Assembly: GCA_035517015.1 (NCBI GenBank)
Contig: DATIZQ010000008.1
Coordinates: 4,440 to 68,439, forward strand
Direction of reading: 5' to 3'
Origin: Candidatus Acidiferrum sp.
GTDB taxonomy: Bacteria; Acidobacteriota; Terriglobia; Acidiferrales; UBA7541
DNA length: 64,000 nucleotides
Made by a program: the position numbers and the translations under genes
Part shown: positions 58,846 through 64,000 of the stretch, in pieces
Layout of the letters: each line of letters begins with the position of its first letter
Position numbering within the stretch: position 1 is the first letter of the stretch
Notes under the pieces: model-generated
Seen by the model: only the letters and a program-made list of their open reading frames with translations
Databases searched by the model: none
What the model was told of the DNA's origin: nothing

Positions 58846-58854
58846 ACTCCCGGC

Positions 58855-59970
58855 TTGCCCTTGCCCAAAACCGCTCCAATCTCACACGCTTCCCCCTCCG
58901 ACGCCGCTTCCTCCCCGCCTCTCCCCGCTCCCGTTTTTCACGACGCCGCGCACCACATCAAAATCTATCAGGGCGACTGCCTCGAAATCCTCGCCGCCAT
59001 TCCCGAAGCCTCCGTCGACCTCATTTTCGCCGACCCGCCCTACTTCCTCTCGAACAATGGCATCACCTGCCACGCCGGGCGCATGGTCAGCGTCGACAAG
59101 GGCGATTGGGACAAATCGCGCGGCGCTGACGCGAATCATCAGTTCAACCGCGACTGGCTCGCTGCCTGCCAGCGCGTCCTGCAGCCGAACGGCACCATCT
59201 GGGTCAGCGGGACCAGCCACGTCATCCATTCCGTCGGCTTCGCCATGCAGCAGCTCGGCTTCAAGCTGCTCAACGACATTTCCTGGGTCAAGCCCAATCC
59301 GCCGCCCAATCTTTCTTGCCGCTACTTCACCCACGCCACCGAAACCATCATCTGGGCCGCCAAGAACTCGAAGAGCCGCCACACCTTCAATTACAAGCAC
59401 ATGAAGCAGCTCGCCGGCGGCAAGCAGATGAAAAGCGTCTGGACCATTCCGCCTCCCGAGCCTTGGCAGAAGAAATTCGGCAAGCATCCCACGCAAAAGC
59501 CCGTCGCCCTCCTCGAACGCATCCTCCTCGCCGCCTCCGCCGAAGGCGACCTCGTCCTCGACCCCTTCTCCGGCTCCGGCACGACGCTCGTCGCCGCGCT
59601 TCGCCTCTCTCGCCGCGCGCTCGCCGCCGAATTCGACGCGACCTGGATTCAGTTGGCCCTCGTTCGAGTGTGTTCCGATCTGGTACAGGTGCGGATTTTC
59701 GCTGCCTGCCTTCACTTCGATCTTGATCCCGACCGCGACCCTGTGGATCGATCCAGATCGCCCGTGCCCGACGCTCCGCCAACTCGCCTCGTTCGCCGCG
59801 ACCGCAACTTTCATTTCGTCGGCGCATCGCAGCGCGACGTTGTCTTCTCGGTCACCGCCGACGACCTGAGCGACGCATGGACGAGATTCCATTCCAGCGC
59901 CACATCGAAAACAGAGATTCTCTTCGTCATCAAGACCGAAACCGAGATTTATCTCGCGCAGGGAAAATGA
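58855..59970 (+). CDS. Beta-class N6-adenine (N4/N6 amino) DNA methyltransferase, DpnA/M.DpnIIB-like, with a C-terminal extension of about 105 aa
   Basis: Motif IV IFADPPYF (DPPY at 59032-59043) precedes motif I LDPFSGSGTT. Blocks VSVDKGDWDK, NLSCRYFTHATETIIWA and GKHPTQKP are present. The first in-frame start is TTG and there is no ATG in the first about 80 codons. Confidence 0.85.
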   Translation: MPLPKTAPISHASPSDAASSPPLPAPVFHDAAHHIKIYQGDCLEILAAIPEASVDLIFADPPYFLSNNGITCHAGRMVSVDKGDWDKSRGADANHQFNRDWLAACQRVLQPNGTIWVSGTSHVIHSVGFAMQQLGFKLLNDISWVKPNPPPNLSCRYFTHATETIIWAAKNSKSRHTFNYKHMKQLAGGKQMKSVWTIPPPEPWQKKFGKHPTQKPVALLERILLAASAEGDLVLDPFSGSGTTLVAALRLSRRALAAEFDATWIQLALVRVCSDLVQVRIFAACLHFDLDPDRDPVDRSRSPVPDAPPTRLVRRDRNFHFVGASQRDVVFSVTADDLSDAWTRFHSSATSKTEILFVIKTETEIYLAQGK

Positions 59971-59982
59971 TCTAATGCGGCG

Positions 59983-60753
59983 GTGCAACTTGCCCTTCCG
60001 ACCAAAGGCCTCGCCGCATATACGAGCGCATCCCAACGGGCGCGTGTCGCCACAGAGGCATGGGGCCTCGAAAATCTCTACTGCGCGAACTGCAGCTCGC
60101 GCGCGCTGAATCCATCGCCCCCGAACACGCCGGCAATCGATTTCGAGTGCCCGAAGTGCCGCATCCGCTTCCAGCTCAAATCGCAGTCGCACGGGTTCGG
60201 CGAGCGAATCCTCGACTCCGCCTACAACAAGATGGTTCGCGAAATTAAAGAGAACCGCACGCCGAACCTCTTTGCCCTGCACTACGAACTCGATTCATGG
60301 AGAGTGGCGAACCTGCTCCTGATTCCGAGCTTCGCCTTCCCCCTCTCAGCCATCGAGAAAAGGAAGCCCTTGGCGCCGACCGCGCGGCGTGCAGGCTGGG
60401 TGGGTTGCAACATCCTCCTTGGTGCGATTCCGGGAGATGCCCGAATCCCGCTCGTCATCGATGGCGTTCCGTCTCCCGCGAAACAGGTGCGCGAACTGTA
60501 CGCCCGAGTGCGTCCGCTGAAGGCGCTCGGAGCCGAACAGCGCGGATGGACTCTCGATGTGTTGAATGCGGTTCGTTCCCTCGAAAAGACGGAATTCTCG
60601 CTGGCCGACGCTTACGAACTCGAGGACGGGCTGTCGGCCCTCCACCCGGACAACCGCCACGTCCGCGACAAGATCCGCCAGCAGCTTCAGATTCTCCGCG
60701 ACATGGGCTTGCTGCAATTCCTCGGCGGAGGCGCGTACAGACTCAGGCGCTAG
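59983..60753 (+). CDS. DpnI-family (Dam-replacing protein family) PD-(D/E)XK endonuclease homolog with a C-terminal winged helix
   Basis: 256 aa with a GTG start 12 nt after the MTase stop. As I recall it, the protein is colinear with R.DpnI: Cys4 (CANC...CPKC), D53, K66, RKPLAPTARRAGWVGCNI and KIRQQLQILRD. Position 64 is Gln, not Glu. Confidence 0.8.
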   Translation: MQLALPTKGLAAYTSASQRARVATEAWGLENLYCANCSSRALNPSPPNTPAIDFECPKCRIRFQLKSQSHGFGERILDSAYNKMVREIKENRTPNLFALHYELDSWRVANLLLIPSFAFPLSAIEKRKPLAPTARRAGWVGCNILLGAIPGDARIPLVIDGVPSPAKQVRELYARVRPLKALGAEQRGWTLDVLNAVRSLEKTEFSLADAYELEDGLSALHPDNRHVRDKIRQQLQILRDMGLLQFLGGGAYRLRR

Positions 60754-60766
60754 CGAAGGTCTTAGG

Positions 60767-60860
60767 TTTGGGGTGGAAGCCCCGGACCTTCAGTCCGGGG
60801 AGCATCGCGCCTTTTGCGATGCGAAAGAAGCCTCAAAATTAAATTGGGCTTTAGCCCTGG
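60767..60860 (+). repeat. REP-like three-hairpin element, copy R2 (3' flank of RAYT)
   Basis: TTTGGGGTGGAAGCC + CCCCGGAC-CTTCA-GTCCGGGG + AGCATCGC..GCGATGC + GCGAAAGAAGCC + GGGC-TTTA-GCCC. The last hairpin loop contains the RAYT stop codon. Confidence 0.8.
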
Positions 60861-61327
60861 GTCGTCCGCTCAAACCATGCCGGCCGCGCATCAACCTCAG
60901 CTCCCGGGGTCGCCGACGAATATGGATATTTCTCCGCTCGATCGACAAGAAACCTCGCGACGGGATTCTCCCAAATGTACTTGCGATGGCTTTCGTAGTC
61001 TCGAGCGTCCTTGATTCGACGCTCACCGAAGCCCGCCTGCCAGATCTCCGTTTTCACTCCGAATTCCTTGCCTGCGCGAAACGAAAATCCGCCTTTGATG
61101 TATTGAACGGCTTTTTCCACCGGAACGTTTTCTGCGGGTGTCACGAGCACGTGAAAATGGTCCGGCATCACCACGAACTCGTGCAGCAGGAATCGCCCTT
61201 TCTTCCTGTTGTCCTGCAACACATCCAGGAAGAGTCGCGCCATCCTCTCCGTTTGAAAAACTCGACGCCGATCCTTCGCTGTCGAAGTGATGAAGAACGT
61301 GCGAATTTCTTGAGGAGCGTGCGCCAT
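60851..61327 (-). CDS. REP-associated tyrosine transposase (RAYT; IS200/IS605 Y1 TnpA-like)
   Basis: HUH motif MPDHFHVLV and catalytic Tyr motif RKYIWENPV. 159 aa from ATG 61327. REP elements flank it in inverted orientation. Confidence 0.85.
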   Translation of the reverse strand: MAHAPQEIRTFFITSTAKDRRRVFQTERMARLFLDVLQDNRKKGRFLLHEFVVMPDHFHVLVTPAENVPVEKAVQYIKGGFSFRAGKEFGVKTEIWQAGFGERRIKDARDYESHRKYIWENPVARFLVDRAEKYPYSSATPGAEVDARPAWFERTTQG

Positions 61328-61334
61328 TAGAATT

Positions 61335-61407
61335 CCCGGGGCTAAAGCCCGCCGTATCCTAACGAACTTTTCCCGGGCCTGAAAGGCCCGGGCTTCCACC
61401 CTAAAAC
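61335..61407 (-). repeat. REP-like element in inverted orientation (5' flank of RAYT)
   Basis: The reverse complement reads TTTTAGGGTGGAAGCC + CGGGCC-TTTCA-GGCCCG ... GGGC-TTTA-GCCCC. It lacks the middle hairpin. Confidence 0.75.
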
Positions 61408-61470
61408 CCACGCCACACCCCAAAACCCCACGCGCCCCGTCGAAGCTCTCAAGTTCGGGTGGCTGTTAGC

Positions 61471-61566
61471 TTTTAGGGTGGAAGCCCTGCGCTTTAGCGC
61501 AGGGAGCATCGCGCCTTGTGCGATGCGAAAGAAGCCCGCCCCCAAAAATTGGGCTTCAGCCCCGGG
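61471..61566 (+). repeat. REP-like three-hairpin element, copy R3
   Basis: TTTTAGGGTGGAAGCC + CCTGCGC-TTTA-GCGCAGG + GAGCATCGC..GCGATGC + GCGAAAGAAGCC + GGGC-TTCA-GCCC. Confidence 0.8.
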
Positions 61567-61661
61567 ACTTCCCCCTTGCTTTTCCACATTCCCTTGGGTG
61601 TAGAATCCGCCCAATTTCGGACCCGGACAAAACGATTCAGGCGTGACAGGGGGCAAGGGCG

Positions 61662-63023
61662 ATGCCGCACTTCACGTGGGCGTTTCGTTTGTCGGCCATT
61701 TTCAGTACTACTGCGCTTCTCGCTGCGGCTTCGCCGCCTCCGGCGCAAGCTCGCCCGCAACCTCCCTCACCGCAACTCGATTCCGTCCAGCGCGGCATGG
61801 CGGAGAACATGCTCACCGAAGCGCACGATGTCCTGAAGCGCAACTATTACGACTCCTCGTTTCACGGCGTCGATATCGACGCGCGATACCGCGCCTATGC
61901 CGACCGTCTCCACGCCGCGCCAAATCTCGCCGCCGCTTATCGGACCATCGCCGCGTATCTCTCCGGACTCAACGACTCGCACACGATTTTCGTGCCTCCC
62001 GAGGCCGGCAATCGCGTCCTCTTCGGCTACCGCCTCCAGATGTTCGGCAATAGTTGCTTCATCACCGCCGTTCAGCCCGCTTCCGATGCCGCTCAAAAAC
62101 TCCATCCGGGCGATCAGGTGCTGTCCCTCGATGGATACGCCGTCGACGCGCAGGACCTTTGGCAGCTTCAATACTTCATGAGCGCCATCGCGCTGAAATC
62201 GCGGTCTGACTTCGTTCTGCGCGGCACTGACGGGAAAATCCGCCGTGAGAGCGTCGAGTCCGGCGTCGAAAAAGGACAGGACTTCCGTTACCTGAGCCTC
62301 ACGGACGGACACGGAGACACGGATACTTGGCGCCTGAGGCTCGACCGCGAAGAACAGCTGCGGCTTCGCAGGTCCCGCACCGCCGAGGAAGGCAACGTCC
62401 TCCTCTGGAAGTTTCCCGCATTCTTCGCGAGCGAAGCCGAAATCGACCATCTATTCGGGCTGGCGCGCAAGCACGACACCGTGATTCTCGATCTCCGCGG
62501 GAATTCCGGCGGAGCGGAAGAAGTTCTCGCGCTGATGGTGGGAGGTGTCTTCGACCATGACGTCACCATCGGCCGAAAAATCATGCGCAAGGGCGAGAGG
62601 CTCCTGAAAGCAAAATTGCACGGCCATGACGCATTCACCGGCCGCCTCATCGTTCTCGTCGACAGCGGCTCCGCTTCGGCGGCGGAAGTCTTTGCTCGCG
62701 TTGTGCAGCTCGAGCATCGCGGCACCATCGTCGGCGACCGCACCGGGGGCCGCGTGATGGACGCCAGCGTCTACCCCTTGCGAGAAGGCATCGGCGCCGC
62801 GCTTTTCTATGCCGTCATGATCTCCACTGCCGACCTCGTCATGTCCGACGGCAAAAGCCTGGAAGGAGTCGGCGTCACGCCGGACGTTGCCGTTCTGCCC
62901 ACCGCTGCGGATCTCGCCGACGGCCGCGACCCTGCCCTTTCGCGCGCCGCCGAATTGGCGGGCATCGCCATCGACTCCGCCGCTGCCGGCAAAATCTTCC
63001 CTCCCGCCTGGCCCCCGAAGTAG
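61662..63023 (+). CDS. S41-family (tail-specific/C-terminal processing-like) serine peptidase with a PDZ-like domain
   Basis: Signal peptide, a PDZ-like segment (KLHPGDQVLSLDG), ILDLRGNSGG and LVDSGSASAAE blocks. Confidence 0.8.
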   Translation: MPHFTWAFRLSAIFSTTALLAAASPPPAQARPQPPSPQLDSVQRGMAENMLTEAHDVLKRNYYDSSFHGVDIDARYRAYADRLHAAPNLAAAYRTIAAYLSGLNDSHTIFVPPEAGNRVLFGYRLQMFGNSCFITAVQPASDAAQKLHPGDQVLSLDGYAVDAQDLWQLQYFMSAIALKSRSDFVLRGTDGKIRRESVESGVEKGQDFRYLSLTDGHGDTDTWRLRLDREEQLRLRRSRTAEEGNVLLWKFPAFFASEAEIDHLFGLARKHDTVILDLRGNSGGAEEVLALMVGGVFDHDVTIGRKIMRKGERLLKAKLHGHDAFTGRLIVLVDSGSASAAEVFARVVQLEHRGTIVGDRTGGRVMDASVYPLREGIGAALFYAVMISTADLVMSDGKSLEGVGVTPDVAVLPTAADLADGRDPALSRAAELAGIAIDSAAAGKIFPPAWPPK

Positions 63024-63036
63024 CCCCTGGGAGCGT

Positions 63037-63085
63037 CACCCCTTCCTCATCCCGCGGGTCACGCGGGATGAATCCCCGATTGGCG
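63037..63085 (+). repeat. Repeat module B (copy 2)
   Basis: CACCCCTTCCTCATCCCGCGGGTCACGCGGGATGAATCCCCGATTGGCG, with an internal hairpin CCCGCG-GGTCA-CGCGGG. It starts 14 nt after the peptidase stop. Confidence 0.7.
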
Positions 63086-63127
63086 CAGTTCGCGTGATGA
63101 TTACAGGAGGTCGGGGCTTGTGATCGC

Positions 63128-63244
63128 TCTTGGGTGGGAGCCCCCCACTTCAGTGGGGGGAGCACGGCCGATTCTTGGCCGTGCGAAACACGCAGTCGGC
63201 GCGCAGCGCCTACCTCAGTCGAGCCTCTCCCGGCGCGCAGCGCC
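63128..63244 (+). repeat. Long REP variant, copy R4
   Basis: GGGTGGGAGCC + CCCCCAC-TTCA-GTGGGGG + GAGCACGGCC-GATTCTT-GGCCGTGC + GAAACACGCAGTCGGCGCGCAGCGCC...CGGCGCGCAGCGCC. Confidence 0.8.
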
Positions 63245-63297
63245 TTGCCTCCCGCTTGGCCCTCCGAATAGCTTCCGGCTCGCTTTGCCTTTATCGC

Positions 63298-63414
63298 CTT
63301 TGGGTGGGAGCCCCCCACTTCGGTGGGGGGAGCACGGCCGATTCTTGGCCGTGCGAAACACGCAGTCGGCGTGCAGCGCCTACCTTAGTCGGGCTTCTCC
63401 CGGCGCGCAGCGCC
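63298..63414 (+). repeat. Long REP variant, copy R5
   Basis: Near-identical to R4 with a few substitutions. It is preceded by the shared leader GCTTGGCCCTCCGAATAGCTTCCGGCTCGCTTTGCC (63254-63289). Confidence 0.8.
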
Positions 63415-63566
63415 CACTTTGCTGCCGTTTATCCTGAGCGGAGTCGAAGGGCAGGCCGTCGCGCAGGACGCAAGTCCGGAGCCACGCGCGCTGGCCCTCG
63501 GAAGAACCTTCCCTCGCGCTTGGCCCTCCAAATAGCTTCCGGCTCGCCTTGCCTTACTGTGGTCGC

Positions 63567-63688
63567 CTTTGGGTGGGAGCCCCCCACTTCAGTGGGGGGG
63601 GGGGAGCACGGCCGATTCTTGGCCGTGCGAAACAAGCAGTCGGCGCGCAGCGCCTACCTTAGTCGAGCTTCTCCCGGCGCGCAGCGCC
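63567..63688 (+). repeat. Long REP variant, copy R6 (with a G-tract expansion)
   Basis: Same unit as R4/R5 and the same leader (63520-63555). Its G-run at 63594-63604 is 11 G, against 6 G in R4/R5. Confidence 0.8.
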
Positions 63689-64000
63689 TACCTCTCTGCC
63701 GCCGCGTTCTCCTGGTTCTAGGACTACTACTCGAATTTTGAACCTACCCATTTTTCTCGACTCGTGCTACCGTGGCCCGTTTTTATGTTTGGCAAAAATG
63801 AGCGCAGAGGGAGCAGGGTTTCAGGGTTTGTACTTGCAAACCCTGAGCTAAAGACGGCCGGAAAGGAGAGCGCTGTGACGAAGTCGCAGTTCACGGGTCG
63901 CCGGGCGCAGATCGCCGATCGCGTGGTTCTAATATACAGTTCCGCGATTAGAAATCGCCGTAACTCGTTGAAAACACGGGACCGGCGCCATGTCTAATAT

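Noticed and set aside
63128-63688. Possible CRISPR array
   Set aside because: The repeats are about 120 bp, far longer than CRISPR repeats, and the spacers (53 and 152 bp) are unequal and partly repeated themselves. The units belong to the RAYT-associated REP family, and no cas genes are present.
63120-63741. ORFs 63120-63437 and 63130-63741 with repeated peptide segments (GGSPPLQWGEHGRFLAVRN...)
   Set aside because: The peptide repetition simply mirrors the REP DNA repeats. The hairpin-rich sequence and the indel in the G-tract are incompatible with conserved coding.
63822-63845. Hairpin CAGGGTTTG-TACTTG-CAAACCCTG near the window end
   Set aside because: The stem-loop is real, but its context is cut off by the window edge and no adjacent gene assigns it a role.

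Overview
High-GC bacterial chromosome segment. The gene content suggests Acidobacteriota: a carboxypeptidase-regulatory-like TonB-dependent receptor, a VWA protein, a propeller/Y_Y_Y sensor kinase and many secreted glycosidases. That taxonomy is inference only. Layout: (i) 1-3813 is the right end of an integrative element (DUF3854/DUF3987 primase-helicase-like protein, Xis-like HTH, tyrosine integrase) abutting the 3' end of tRNA-Cys(GCA). (ii) 3.9-18 kb is housekeeping: sppA, HD-GYP, hybrid kinase, tkt, MFS, folP, VWA, ftsH, tilS. (iii) 18-20 kb is a small accessory patch with two membrane proteins, a secreted peptide carrying three identical 12-aa repeats, and a tRNA(CAU). (iv) 20-36 kb is a putative beta-galactan utilisation locus: propeller sensor kinase + NarL-type regulator, GH35, two GH53-like enzymes, a TonB-dependent receptor and a TPR protein. 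(v) 36-58 kb is mixed housekeeping: lipid kinase, NUDIX, uppS, pcm, modBC, a bamA/surA-like/tamB operon, thiF/moeB-type E1, BON protein and an Ntn hydrolase. (vi) 58.4-63.7 kb is a REP-rich accessory patch. It holds a DpnA-like amino-methyltransferase coupled to a DpnI-family endonuclease homolog that has Gln at the catalytic Glu position, a REP-associated tyrosine transposase (RAYT) flanked by inverted REPs, an S41 peptidase, and REP mosaics. The methyltransferase/DpnI-like pair is my best candidate for an undescribed system. All family calls rest on motifs read from the supplied translations and on my memory of reference proteins. No searches or statistics were run.
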